Shown one piece after another: positions 1 to 9,612 of a DNA stretch of 64,000 nt; position 1 is the first letter of the stretch; every line of letters starts with the position of its first letter. Source of the DNA: a virus. Taxonomy: Duplodnaviria > Caudoviricetes. Made by a program: the position numbers and the translations under genes. The notes beneath the pieces are model-generated. The model saw nothing but the letters and a program-made list of their open reading frames with translations. It was not told the DNA's origin and made no database searches. Location of the stretch: IMG/VR virus record IMGVR_UViG_3300003690_000055, positions 74 to 64,073 of that record. One strand, given 5' to 3'.

Positions 1-997
1 CACTTTTCCTACAGTTCTTATTTTTATTTGATATGTCTCGCCCGGGACAATGGGGGCGGTCTTTCCCACAAGAACGCCGTTAGCATCAAAAATACGAGGG
101 ATAGGATTTTTCCCACTGCTCGTCTCTATGCGCCAGCCCTTTTCAAGCTTTTCGGCTTGGAGATACTGTGCCAACTTCACCCGATCCCAATCTTGAGGTC
201 CGTCTTCCGGATGAGTATATGGCACTGTGTCCTTCTGAATCTGCAGGCCCGGGGGACCAATCCACTCAAAAAATGTTTCCTGTGAAATTTCAAATTGCCA
301 AAATGCCATCGTAGCTTCTTTGATACCCTGACCACCTTTAGTTTTGCCAGGCATTTTTCTAATTACCACATACACCATGGGCTGATCTGGGTTTTTTGCA
401 AAGTGATTCACGATCAATAAAGCTGCCTCCCACCGCACCGGTAGGGCTTAAAATCTTAAGGCTTACGCGCTGTAAACCTTCCTTTGTTTTCATCAGCAAC
501 TTGACATCAGCGATATCTCCCTCTTCGGTATGGACCTGAACAGACTCACCCCCAAACATCGCAGCCAGGAAGGGCTCCCATAAGAAGCCCGCAACAGAAG
601 CATTAAACTCCCTGATCATAAAAGAGAACGTTTGCAAAAACATCAAGTAAGAAAGAGTAGTTGCGACAGTCATCCCTTCAGGCGGATTATCAATAAACTG
701 CTGAATGGCGGCTGTCTTCGCTTTAAGATCTCCTTCCGGCGCTATCTTTTTCATCCAAGCTTCGAAGGTTGCGCGGTCTTCACTGCCTTCTTCGACAGTA
801 TACTGTCCTACACTTTGCTCAGCAGGAATAATAAGAGGAAAGCGTAGGGTTCGCGCTCGGCGCTCCTCGCTGGGAGAGGGGAGTCTTTCTTTTTTGGCGT
901 CCTTCTCCTCTGCCAGGAGGAACTCCATTACCTCATTTATCAGATCTGTATTGTGTGCTTTCTTATAAAAACTCTTAACAAGCGTATCAATATTCAT
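1..997 (-). CDS. Late-promoter hypothetical protein with a PD-(D/E)xK-like motif; frameshifted near 410 and running off the window edge
   Basis: ORF 359..997 has AGFLWEPFLA...DIADV...VSLK. After GGSFID a shifted frame (VNHFAKNPDQPMVYVVIRK...) stays open to position 1. Confidence 0.55.
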
Positions 998-1023
998 AAC
1001 CTATCCTCGGGCGCTAATACTAA

Positions 1024-1644
1024 TTAGATGATTTTATCAACAAGACCCATTTCTAATGCTTGTTGGGCTGAAAAATATTCATCCGTATTCTTAGAGAAAA
1101 TGCTGTAATATTCGCCAACTGAAAGATTGGAGTTCGCTGCGAGCGCTTCAATCATCATTGCTTCCACTTTCTTAAGTTCCGCAAAACTTGTACGAATAGT
1201 GGGATGGGTGCCTCCCACCTCACTAGAACAGTGATGGAGCATGAGACGGGCGTTCTTAGAGATGTGGCGCTTTCCGGGTGTTCCAAAAGCAAGCAGAGGA
1301 ACAGCCGCAGAAGCAATTCTCCCGTAGCCAAAAGTGGCGATGTCTCGATTGCGCTTCACTAGTTCCATTAAATCATAAATAGTAAACATGTCGTTGACAG
1401 AGCCCCCGCCGGAGGAAATAAAGAATTCAATATCCTTAGTGTCTTTTATAGAGCTTGGGTCTTCGTGCAATATCTGACCACCGTTAAGGGTAAGAAGACT
1501 GAGTGAAATCTCCTTCATAGACTCTTCATTAATGTCGGAACACAATCCCAGAAGAGAGCTTTCTTCCTCTTCTTCTTCCGTCTTTTCCTCCTCTTCTGTT
1601 TCTTCTTTTGTGCCCTCTTCTTCGTGGGTGCTATCATAAATCAT
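1024..1644 (-). CDS. clpP: ClpP-like serine protease
   Basis: FFISSGGG, IASAA (catalytic Ser), LMLHH and YFSAQQALEMGLVDKI match the ClpP family. The acidic N-terminus is preceded by an ATG at 1644. Confidence 0.85.
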   Translation of the reverse strand: MIYDSTHEEEGTKEETEEEEKTEEEEEESSLLGLCSDINEESMKEISLSLLTLNGGQILHEDPSSIKDTKDIEFFISSGGGSVNDMFTIYDLMELVKRNRDIATFGYGRIASAAVPLLAFGTPGKRHISKNARLMLHHCSSEVGGTHPTIRTSFAELKKVEAMMIEALAANSNLSVGEYYSIFSKNTDEYFSAQQALEMGLVDKII

Positions 1645-2062
1645 AATTTTTCTTTCTCTCAATTATTGAGGTTTTGTTTGATTCTTCCAGAAATTTAACT
1701 GCTTCTTTCCAATTGGTAAACGGCATTAAGGAGCGGAACCGTTCGGGAACTCCACCTATTAAAGATAGTATAACTGAATTTTTCCAGTTTGTCAAGATTC
1801 TTTGGTCCACTTCCTCAAAGCTGCGAATTTGATCGTCGGTAAGGTCGGACTTTTTCATATGCTTCCGTTTTAGCTCCGTAAGAAATGATATATCTTCAAT
1901 GATCTTCACACACATCAGCAAACAGTGAGCAACAACTTCTTGAACAAGGCGCCACATATGAACAACTTCAAATATTTTGGACAAGTAAACACTGGCAAAG
2001 ATGCCAGCCGCGAAGCCCAAGACCACAAAAACCATTAATTCTCCGGTTGTTACTTCATACAT
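1634..2062 (-). CDS. Hypothetical membrane-anchored protein
   Basis: 142 aa ORF with an N-terminal hydrophobic helix. Confidence 0.65.
   Translation of the reverse strand: MYEVTTGELMVFVVLGFAAGIFASVYLSKIFEVVHMWRLVQEVVAHCLLMCVKIIEDISFLTELKRKHMKKSDLTDDQIRSFEEVDQRILTNWKNSVILSLIGGVPERFRSLMPFTNWKEAVKFLEESNKTSIIERKKNYDL
1767..1795 (-). promoter_or_regulatory. Sigma70-type promoter upstream of clpP
   Basis: TTGACA-N17-TATACT on the minus strand. Confidence 0.7.
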
Positions 2063-2073
2063 AAAGATCCCAT

Positions 2074-2109
2074 AAAAAAAGACTGTGAGGTTTAAACCTC
2101 GCAGTCTTT
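2074..2109 (-). terminator. Rho-independent terminator after 2148..2981
   Basis: Stem AGACTGCGAGGTT/AACCTCACAGTCT followed by a U-tract. Confidence 0.8.
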
Positions 2110-2138
2110 AGTATACGTTAAGAGCGCTTGAAAGTCAA
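2110..2138 (-). promoter_or_regulatory. Sigma70-type promoter abutting the terminator
   Basis: TTGACT-N17-TATACT. Confidence 0.7.
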
Positions 2139-2147
2139 GCGTTTATC

Positions 2148-2981
2148 CTACTTCTTCAAAAGCGCGCTCTTCAAAATTCGTGCAGCAACACGCTTGGTGA
2201 TCTGCTCAACAAGGTCGTCGGTGTTCGCGGTGAGACCCTCTTCGAAGCCGTAGCCCCTGGACCCAGCAGGGCGCTTCTCGGTGGACTGGGCTGGTGGACT
2301 CCACGTCCGGCCCACGGGCTTCTTCCGGGCTGCTGCGATTTCTTCAGGGGTGGGCGTGTAGTCCTTTTCTCCCTTTTTGGGATCTGGTTTAAGGGAACCT
2401 CCAGCCTTGCCGCCGCCGACGATGGCCGGCCAGTCCTTCTCGGCCTCTTCGAGTTCCTCTTCGTCGCCCTCTTCAAGCTCTTCAAGGCCCGGCTCTTCCG
2501 GACCCTCTTCGCCAGGAAGCGGCTCTGGCTCAAGTTCCGGCTCAGGTTCCGACGGCTCGCCGGTGGACGTCGCTTCGATTTCGATGCCTTCAACACCAGC
2601 AGCGCGGGCGATAATCTGCAATGCGTCGAGAACTTCTTCCTCGGTGGGAACATCTTCAGCACCGGGTTCAACAGCCTCTTCGGCTTCCGGGTCGACAACA
2701 GGAAGATCGACGGCTTCCTCGCCTTCAAGGCCCGGATCGGCTCCGAGCTCAGCGTCGCCCGGTTCGTCCAGGACCTCATTGCGCCTGCGGCGGCCGGGGC
2801 TCGTGTTGTCGTCACCCTTCACATCGGGAGGGTATGTCCCGCGTCCGTGAGACTCTTCGATGTCCTCGGCGGTACGCTCGGTAAGTCCCCTAACGAAGCC
2901 GGGAGTAAGTGGCTCCAGCTTTGCCAGTTTCATAAACTGACGGATTTGTGATTCACTTAATAGATTCTTTTTGTTTGACAT
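2148..2981 (-). CDS. Acidic low-complexity late protein, probable prohead or internal head protein
   Basis: E/P-rich with many (L/I)xE sites. N-terminal RQFMKLAKL resembles the scaffold C-terminus. CTATTTA lies upstream. Confidence 0.65.
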   Translation of the reverse strand: MSNKKNLLSESQIRQFMKLAKLEPLTPGFVRGLTERTAEDIEESHGRGTYPPDVKGDDNTSPGRRRRNEVLDEPGDAELGADPGLEGEEAVDLPVVDPEAEEAVEPGAEDVPTEEEVLDALQIIARAAGVEGIEIEATSTGEPSEPEPELEPEPLPGEEGPEEPGLEELEEGDEEELEEAEKDWPAIVGGGKAGGSLKPDPKKGEKDYTPTPEEIAAARKKPVGRTWSPPAQSTEKRPAGSRGYGFEEGLTANTDDLVEQITKRVAARILKSALLKK

Positions 2982-3019
2982 CGTCGATTATCTCCTAACA
3001 TATCGCGAATATGCTACTT

Positions 3020-3262
3020 TTAAATAGTATTTTCCCTCAGTAATGTCTTTTTTAATTTAAGAAGAGTGGCATCAACAATTTGTTTTATCCTAACGGTACT
3101 AACCCCGTGTCTCTTCCCTATTTCTTCTAAAGTCATCGGACCATGCTTCTTAACTGCGAGAATGGTGCAGTTCAAATCCTCTTCATACTCTATAAATAAG
3201 CGACATTCTCTGTTTTTACAGCTTGTTTTTGTCAGATAGCACTCTTTTGCACAATCTCTCAT
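3020..3262 (-). CDS. Small Cys-rich protein with a sigma70 region-4 HTH
   Basis: MTLEEIGKRHGVSTVRIKQI is a region-4-like HTH, preceded by five Cys. Confidence 0.75.
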   Translation of the reverse strand: MRDCAKECYLTKTSCKNRECRLFIEYEEDLNCTILAVKKHGPMTLEEIGKRHGVSTVRIKQIVDATLLKLKKTLLRENTI

Positions 3263-3591
3263 AATTCTGGTAACTCCTCTTCTAATATGTCAAATATATT
3301 TTCAATTTCTATTTCGGTCAGCGCCAAATCTTGCAACATTTTTTCTCCCTTTGCGCGCAACTTGCGGGACTTTGTGGTTCTCGCTTTAGATTGGACCTTC
3401 TTATTAATTTTATAATCGTCTAAGAACTCCATAAATAACGGATTCTGCTCCAAGTATGATTCAACGCAATATCTAAAAAATTCACTTTGATTTCGAATTT
3501 GATCGTAGTAGAGCCTTATCTTTAAATTCTCATGCAATTTGGAATCTATACCAAAACTTAAGATTGAATAATTTTCTCTGTGATCACTCAT
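3259..3591 (-). CDS. Hypothetical protein
   Basis: 110 aa, with 4-nt overlaps on both sides. Confidence 0.65.
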   Translation of the reverse strand: MSDHRENYSILSFGIDSKLHENLKIRLYYDQIRNQSEFFRYCVESYLEQNPLFMEFLDDYKINKKVQSKARTTKSRKLRAKGEKMLQDLALTEIEIENIFDILEEELPEL

Positions 3592-4628
3592 CGTTTCAAA
3601 ATATGCGTTGAACTTTCAAGCTGGCCGTGGCCAGTCTGTCTTATAAATTGTGCTTTGCCCTGAAGTTCTTTAATGCTTCGGGCACCCGAGTATGAAAACC
3701 CACTGCGAATCCCTCTAGCCAATTCTTCTAATACATTTCGTACGGGGCCCTTACAAGGCACAGTAGTGGCAATTCCCTCGACCGAAGACGTCTTTCCACG
3801 CCACTCCATTTGAGCGTCACCGCTGGCCATTCCCCGATAAGATTTAAACTTACCTTTGCGTGTGTTTATTACATCACCAGGAGTTTCGTCAGTACCTGCA
3901 AGCATAGACCCAAGCATAACGAAGTCAGCGCCAGCCGCCAAAGCCTTGACAATATCTCCAGCGTTCCGCAATCCTCCATCAGCAATGATGGGCGCTCGCC
4001 GGTTTGATTTAGCACAATTAATAATTGTTTGAAGGCCCGGAATACCGTGGCCAGTCTGAATCCTAGTTGAACAAATAGAACCGCCGCCAATATTGCAGCG
4101 CACACTATCGGCTCCCCAATCGACCAAGTCATTGTAACCCTCCAAGGTTGCAACGTTGCCCGCCATGATGTGAGTTGTTTGCCCGAAAACACTGCGCAAT
4201 TCGTGAAGCGCTTCTTTCATCAAAATGTGATGACCGTGTGCCACGTCCACACATAGAATTCTTGCACCAGCATCATATAAAGCCGTTGCTCTATCTAAAT
4301 AGTCACCAGAAGCGCCTATTGCTGCAGCAACGTTACCATTTGCTCCCACAATAACCTCGTCGACCAAGGCAGCCTGATGCTCAACAGTATTATAACGATG
4401 GATGATCGCGAGGCCTCCCAGCTGCCACATAGCAGTTCCCATTCGAGATTCTGAAATAGTATCCATGGGACTGGCAATGATAGGTAAGTCGAGCAGGACG
4501 GCGGCATAGGGCCCGGGCAAAAAATTTCCTATGTTAATTTCTTTGCGACTCTTAATATCAGAATATTGTGGGACAAGTAACACATCATCGTATGTCAACC
4601 CTTTTGCCGCGTGACCTTTAATATTCAT
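3588..4628 (-). CDS. IMP dehydrogenase / GMP reductase family protein without CBS domains
   Basis: [32 protein letters not shown] (catalytic Cys), IADGG, YRGMAS. Confidence 0.92.
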   Translation of the reverse strand: MNIKGHAAKGLTYDDVLLVPQYSDIKSRKEINIGNFLPGPYAAVLLDLPIIASPMDTISESRMGTAMWQLGGLAIIHRYNTVEHQAALVDEVIVGANGNVAAAIGASGDYLDRATALYDAGARILCVDVAHGHHILMKEALHELRSVFGQTTHIMAGNVATLEGYNDLVDWGADSVRCNIGGGSICSTRIQTGHGIPGLQTIINCAKSNRRAPIIADGGLRNAGDIVKALAAGADFVMLGSMLAGTDETPGDVINTRKGKFKSYRGMASGDAQMEWRGKTSSVEGIATTVPCKGPVRNVLEELARGIRSGFSYSGARSIKELQGKAQFIRQTGHGQLESSTHILKR

Positions 4629-4818
4629 TTATAACTTTTAACTTTCTTCTTTTCCAACATTGTACCCCATTTTTCGTAGCGATCCTAACCATTGGTAATG
4701 GTTCAACCCGGAAATGTTGAGGTAGTGGTTGTATTTCAAATACTTCAATTATAATTCCAGTCATCGCGGGGGTATCTCCGTCTCGGCGATGGCTCGCTAC
4801 AAAATCACCCGTCTTCAT
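4618..4818 (-). CDS. Small hypothetical protein
   Basis: 66 aa, overlaps both neighbours. Confidence 0.55.
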   Translation of the reverse strand: MKTGDFVASHRRDGDTPAMTGIIIEVFEIQPLPQHFRVEPLPMVRIATKNGVQCWKRRKLKVINEY

Positions 4819-5438
4819 TTGCTCTCTAAATCTGTGCTTTCGAGCAAAGTATAAGTAAACGAATTCCCAAATTGTTTTTCAGCGGCCCGGGCAGTCATCA
4901 TAAACTCCTTGAAATCACCATCGTTTTTAAAGACTTGACAACCTGCACTCCATTTGTCTACCTGGGTAGAGTTACGACCCGCTTTGTGGATATTAATTCC
5001 AAAATATCCTGTAGCTATCGTATTGTCGTTCATATCGTGGATGGAATCACGATCTCCGTCGCGCCACACTGAAAGTGGAGCTCCCCGCTGACACAAAGCA
5101 TCATATTTCCCTCGATGCTTGTCAATCTTATAGGCGCCCCGATATTGGCCCGGGCAAAGTATAGCAGTCCCATTTACATTCATGGGCTTCTTGAGCCAAT
5201 ATAAACCAGGGTCGGTGGTAATTTGATAAGAATCCACGAGCCATCTTTTATGAGTATCTCGATATATGGTAAGCAAAATATCATCAAACTTGTTGATGTG
5301 CCCATCCATATTTCTGATACCAATAATGTTTACGTTATGGGGAAAATTTCCATCGAAAAAACCGTAATCCTTTCCTTCTAAAATTCCTTTAAATCTCTCT
5401 TTAATGATCTCGGCGTGAAATCCTCTTATTCTCGACAT
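4815..5438 (-). CDS. Putative YkuD / L,D-transpeptidase-like Cys enzyme
   Basis: GINIHKAG...WSAGCQVF fits the HxnSxGC motif. Confidence 0.6.
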   Translation of the reverse strand: MSRIRGFHAEIIKERFKGILEGKDYGFFDGNFPHNVNIIGIRNMDGHINKFDDILLTIYRDTHKRWLVDSYQITTDPGLYWLKKPMNVNGTAILCPGQYRGAYKIDKHRGKYDALCQRGAPLSVWRDGDRDSIHDMNDNTIATGYFGINIHKAGRNSTQVDKWSAGCQVFKNDGDFKEFMMTARAAEKQFGNSFTYTLLESTDLESK

Positions 5439-5686
5439 TCTATTCCCTCTTTTATTGTACCCCAACAATCAGGACATGTCAAGTGCACGACTTTCTTTTC
5501 TTCCAATACGGTGACCATCCAAGTTTTAACTGTTGTATGATCCCTCGTAAATAGTTTTTTACAAACACAACACTCTGTGGGGTGATTCATCATTAGAGAA
5601 GTTTGAGAGGTTAAGCGTTCCTGGGCCTCTTTGCGTTTCTCTTTTCTTTTAGTTGTATTTACTTTTCTTAGCTTTGGCCTACTCAC
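5426..5686 (-). CDS. Small basic zinc-finger-like protein
   Basis: CCVC...CPDC. Confidence 0.6.
   Translation of the reverse strand: MSRPKLRKVNTTKRKEKRKEAQERLTSQTSLMMNHPTECCVCKKLFTRDHTTVKTWMVTVLEEKKVVHLTCPDCWGTIKEGIECRE
5454..5482 (-). promoter_or_regulatory. Sigma70-type promoter
   Basis: TTGACA-N17-TACAAT, 15 nt before ATG 5438. Confidence 0.72.
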
Positions 5687-6204
5687 GTTCTTTCCAATGG
5701 ATAAAAATCGGGCGCTAGCGCAACTGGCGACTTGTAGAGCATATCAGAATGAAACACCACAACTGCCGACGGGAAAGGGGCGGCATTGTCAGAGGTACCA
5801 AACTTTAATCGACCGCGAACAAGGTGAACTTCTTTTGCTTTCATTACGTAGTCGTGCCACCACTTGGTATCAGTTCTGGATGGAATCAACATTACAACAA
5901 CGGTGTTATGTTTCTTTGACTCTTCATATCCCTTTTTAAACCACGCACCTATGCCGCGGCCATAGGGAGGATTCACAAAAACGGTGTGCCCCTTCCAATC
6001 TTGGGTGAGACCATCATCTTCCTCAGTAAAATATTTCTTGCACTTGGAGCTTGCTGCGGTCGCACACGGATCAAGTGTAAACTGAAACTGCTTATTTAAT
6101 TTATCGTAAAAATCTTGGGGTGTATCCCAGTCGCCCGACTTCGAACTGAACCCAACAGCCCCCGTCTGTTGCTTCCATAGGCCTCCAACTTTAAGCGGTT
6201 CCAT
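5683..6204 (-). CDS. Phage-type DNA N6-adenine methyltransferase
   Basis: DWDTPQ, FTLDPCA, DGLxxDW, NPPY, PSRTDT, GRLKF. Confidence 0.9.
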   Translation of the reverse strand: MEPLKVGGLWKQQTGAVGFSSKSGDWDTPQDFYDKLNKQFQFTLDPCATAASSKCKKYFTEEDDGLTQDWKGHTVFVNPPYGRGIGAWFKKGYEESKKHNTVVVMLIPSRTDTKWWHDYVMKAKEVHLVRGRLKFGTSDNAAPFPSAVVVFHSDMLYKSPVALAPDFYPLERT

Positions 6205-6661
6205 CTGTACTCCCTAGCGCACCGGTGCCACGCTCCGAAATAGTAATTGGATACCAATCATAAATATTGGGGTCCTCTGATGCCAAGAAACGAATTGGTA
6301 TTACGGGTATAACAACAGCTTGTGCTACCTTATCTCCGGGTTCCAAAATTTGTGTTTCTGAACCAACGTTGTGAAGGTTCACAAAAACTTCGCCCTTGTA
6401 GCCGCTGTCCACCACACACGCCCCCACCAAAAGTTGTCGTTTGTGGGCAACACTCGATTTATTTTTTATCTCCATCATATAGCCGTGCGGAACTGCAAAG
6501 ATACATCCCGTTGGAATCAGGGCGCTTTCCCCTGGTGCAATTTTGAAGAGTGTCTCGGACTCCTCGTCGGGAGTCCAACGTAAATCTAATCCAGCGTCGC
6601 TGGGATTTGCTCTAACGGGGGGGAAATCACTCCCTCGTAACATATGGTATTGTAAAATCAT
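6191..6661 (-). CDS. dut: Trimeric dUTPase
   Basis: DAGLDL, KSS, VVDSGYKGE, AQAV, RGTGALGSTD. Confidence 0.93.
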   Translation of the reverse strand: MILQYHMLRGSDFPPVRANPSDAGLDLRWTPDEESETLFKIAPGESALIPTGCIFAVPHGYMMEIKNKSSVAHKRQLLVGACVVDSGYKGEVFVNLHNVGSETQILEPGDKVAQAVVIPVIPIRFLASEDPNIYDWYPITISERGTGALGSTDGTA

Positions 6662-6662
6662 T

Positions 6663-7670
6663 TTAAATCCTTTCTGGGCTTTCTGAAAATATGATATTAA
6701 CATCCGTATCTTCTAGATACTTTTTAAGATATTGTTTCCACGCCTGCTCGTTTCCTGTTTGTATGAAAATGCGATCATCAGTATAGGATCGCAAGTTCCA
6801 TCTTCCAACTTCTCGTAAGACGTCAACTTTGTTAATGATCAAATCAGTAACCCCGTTAATGATGATTGCTTTTCTCAACATTCTTGCGTCAAGCCAATTA
6901 CATTGTCGTGGGCGCCCAGTTGTAGCGCCATATTCATCGCCAATCTGTTGTAAAAGATCGAACTCGCGGCCGCTGCCATGGAATTTCTTAGACCCCACAT
7001 AGGTATCATAAGCCTTCGTAACGCCAAATACTCTACGAACTACTTGAGGTGGAATACAATTTAAAAGTGCACTGGCCGTGGTGCAGTGACTTGAAGTTAC
7101 AAAAGGATAATCTCCCCAGTCAATGTCCAAACCAAACCCTTGTGCGCCCTCGCAAAGAATCCACGGATCTACTAGCCCACTATAAAACTCATTATACAAG
7201 TCGATGAGATAGGGGCTGTTCTTCAACTCGGGAACGTCTTGGGCGCGCGTGCCCGTGCGGTCGTACTTATCTCTATAAGCTGGGCCGTTACCTCGTTTGG
7301 TTGTGCCGATAGCGCTTTCGCGGCCGTCTTCTTCTAAATGTGCATTAGTGATAACGTGAGTATTTTCAGCAATGAATACAAGACCAGATGTTTGAACACC
7401 ATTATCCTCCAGTTCGGCAATCTCTTTTTTAAACTGCGCCAGATTTACCACGCATCCGGGCCCAATAATAGATCGTATTCCGAAGAATACTCCAGCAGGT
7501 ATATGATGTGTTACAAACTTCTTGCCCTTGTGGTAAATGGTGTGGCCTGCGTTACATCCTCCATTAAAACGGAGACAATGGGTATACCCCCCCGATTTGA
7601 GTAGGTGGTGAGTTACTTTTCCTTTGCCCTCGTCACCATAGGACAATCCTATTACTATATCAGCTTTCAT
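6663..7670 (-). CDS. purA: Adenylosuccinate synthetase (short form)
   Basis: GDEGKGK, NAGHT, GTTKRGNGPAY, EGAQG, YPFVTSS, GATTGRPR, NKVD. Confidence 0.93.
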   Translation of the reverse strand: MKADIVIGLSYGDEGKGKVTHHLLKSGGYTHCLRFNGGCNAGHTIYHKGKKFVTHHIPAGVFFGIRSIIGPGCVVNLAQFKKEIAELEDNGVQTSGLVFIAENTHVITNAHLEEDGRESAIGTTKRGNGPAYRDKYDRTGTRAQDVPELKNSPYLIDLYNEFYSGLVDPWILCEGAQGFGLDIDWGDYPFVTSSHCTTASALLNCIPPQVVRRVFGVTKAYDTYVGSKKFHGSGREFDLLQQIGDEYGATTGRPRQCNWLDARMLRKAIIINGVTDLIINKVDVLREVGRWNLRSYTDDRIFIQTGNEQAWKQYLKKYLEDTDVNIIFSESPERI

Positions 7671-8547
7671 TTAATTCACCTTCAATCCTTTCCATCATTT
7701 GCGCGAACATATCTTTTCGAACTTCACATCCCTTAAATCTTCGGCTGGTATTGGCTGCAGCAACAGCAGTTGTGCCAGCCCCTAGGAAAGGATCAATAAC
7801 GAGATCTCCTTCGTTGGAGTGCTTTTTAATTAAGGCCTCACACAAGGGCAAACTCTTTTGGGTGGGCATAATGCGCCACTTCCCTCCCTGAATAGGGTAA
7901 TGGTACAAAGCATTATCATACTTACTGTTAAAAGTAGGGTTCCCCCCTTTCACTCCCAATAACGCTATCTCCCTACAGTTAGTTAAATAATTGCGGCTGG
8001 AGTTGAGAGGCTGTGGGTTTGTTTTTATCCATTCGATGATGCGCAGCTGCTTAAAGTTAGCCTGCTCCATTGCTTCTTTCAAGTAAGAGATCTTCCAAAT
8101 ATCAAAGAAGATAATGCACGTGCCCCCTGGTCGTAGGGTCCGATAAAATTCTTCAACAAACTGCCCCATCTTTTTCATCGTAAATTCTGAGTCCCACTTG
8201 CCGTAGTCGGTTGTCACAGCATACTTCTGACCATAAATCGAACCATACTTAAGATAATTCTTTTTGGCATTTCGCAACGCCGTAACGCGTTGTTTCCCTG
8301 GAGAGTATGCGCCCGTCTGTGTCCAGAGTTTCCACTCCTCCGCAGTCTTGAGGGCGCGCCATTCCTCTTCAGTCTTAAGATTGCCGGCGCTGTTCTTACG
8401 ATGGGCCACATGATCAACCCACTTATCCATCCCCGTCGCACGGGAAGTAATATAGGGAGGGTCTGTGAGTACCAAATCAATAGAGTTGCTATAAATTCTT
8501 TTAAGGTACTCAAGACCTTCCTTATTTGCTAACTCCCGAGTGGTCAT
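7660..8547 (-). CDS. DNA N4-C/N6-A methyltransferase, beta class
   Basis: TDPPY near the N-terminus, PTQKS, DPFLGAGTT near the C-terminus. Confidence 0.9.
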   Translation of the reverse strand: MTTRELANKEGLEYLKRIYSNSIDLVLTDPPYITSRATGMDKWVDHVAHRKNSAGNLKTEEEWRALKTAEEWKLWTQTGAYSPGKQRVTALRNAKKNYLKYGSIYGQKYAVTTDYGKWDSEFTMKKMGQFVEEFYRTLRPGGTCIIFFDIWKISYLKEAMEQANFKQLRIIEWIKTNPQPLNSSRNYLTNCREIALLGVKGGNPTFNSKYDNALYHYPIQGGKWRIMPTQKSLPLCEALIKKHSNEGDLVIDPFLGAGTTAVAAANTSRRFKGCEVRKDMFAQMMERIEGELNES

Positions 8548-8556
8548 TAAATATTC

Positions 8557-9612
8557 CTAAGCAGACTTAAGGTCGGTGCGCTTGATGACGCGTCGCTTGT
8601 TGGTCCACAGCTCAGTAATGCCGTTCTTATCTGTCGACAATTGCTTCGCAGACTTAACGAAAACATTGCAAGTCTTGCTAAGCAAAGCCACAGTCTGCTT
8701 AACAGTAGCGACAACCTCGTCCCTGTCGGCCTGAACGTCCGTATCTTCCTTATCTTCAGTTCGATCATAAGCAATAAGGACTGTAAAATCAGTATTGGGG
8801 CTGTTAAGAATATGCGCTATGAGAGAACCATAAAGGTTAGGGTTGAAGCGACCGTTATCGCGCAACACGAAGACTCGCTCATTGCCACTAATGTTCTTGA
8901 AGTCCCCCTTGGTACCAGCATAGTTGGTTGCGCCCGTGTCAACGTAAAGCTTTTGGAGTTCCGAAGCGGTGTGGGTGACGATTCGCGTAGTAAGCTTGCC
9001 ACTCTTCTTAAGGGTGTCCTTAATGCGATTAGAAAACCATTTCCAGGTCTTCCCAGAATTCTTAAACAACTCATCCTTAAAGTACTTCCCACCAACCTTG
9101 GCATACTCGCTTAAATCAAGGTTACAATCAATAGGAGTGCCGCCGTTAGCTGCCTTAACAATATGATCGAGTCGGCCGCTCTTGATGCGCCTTTCTACAG
9201 CGTGCTTCATATCCGCTTCACTACTCTCCGTCTCACCTAGGTGATCATTCGACTTGTCCTGAAAATCTTCCCACTCGTCCGCGCCGTAGCCAAGAACGTC
9301 GTGATGAAAAGTAGATACTAAAACATTTTGGGTGGGGTCGACGGCATGAGCGCCTTGCTTGCCGCGGCCGCGGGTAACACCATCCTTTACAATCTCCCCA
9401 TCGGGCAGCGGAATGACACTAATTGGAACCTCTTGAACCACGCCACCTAAAAACTGTTGCGTGTAGCGGTTAACCTTGTCCTGTAGATCTCCCTTGACTC
9501 GCGCAGTCTGATCAAACTTGATCAGCGTTGTAGGATCAACCCACTTAAAATATTTTCTAACGATCTGTTCGCCGTACGTATCGAACAGCTCCTGCATTTG
9601 TACTCTATTCAT
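8557..9612 (-). CDS. Hypothetical protein with a ParB/Srx-like N-terminal domain
   Basis: PISVIP...IVKDGVTR resembles the ParB P-I-x-V...DG-x-x-R motif. Confidence 0.5.
   Translation of the reverse strand: MNRVQMQELFDTYGEQIVRKYFKWVDPTTLIKFDQTARVKGDLQDKVNRYTQQFLGGVVQEVPISVIPLPDGEIVKDGVTRGRGKQGAHAVDPTQNVLVSTFHHDVLGYGADEWEDFQDKSNDHLGETESSEADMKHAVERRIKSGRLDHIVKAANGGTPIDCNLDLSEYAKVGGKYFKDELFKNSGKTWKWFSNRIKDTLKKSGKLTTRIVTHTASELQKLYVDTGATNYAGTKGDFKNISGNERVFVLRDNGRFNPNLYGSLIAHILNSPNTDFTVLIAYDRTEDKEDTDVQADRDEVVATVKQTVALLSKTCNVFVKSAKQLSTDKNGITELWTNKRRVIKRTDLKSA

Noticed and set aside
4575-4598. TTGACA inside the guaB-like gene
   Set aside because: There is no -10 element at the proper spacing.
6663-7670. 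PurZ / 2-aminoadenine (Z-genome) system with the PolA and MazG-like genes
   Set aside because: The protein keeps the PurA catalytic Asp (GDEGKG) and the TTGRxR loop. PurZ has Ser at that position.
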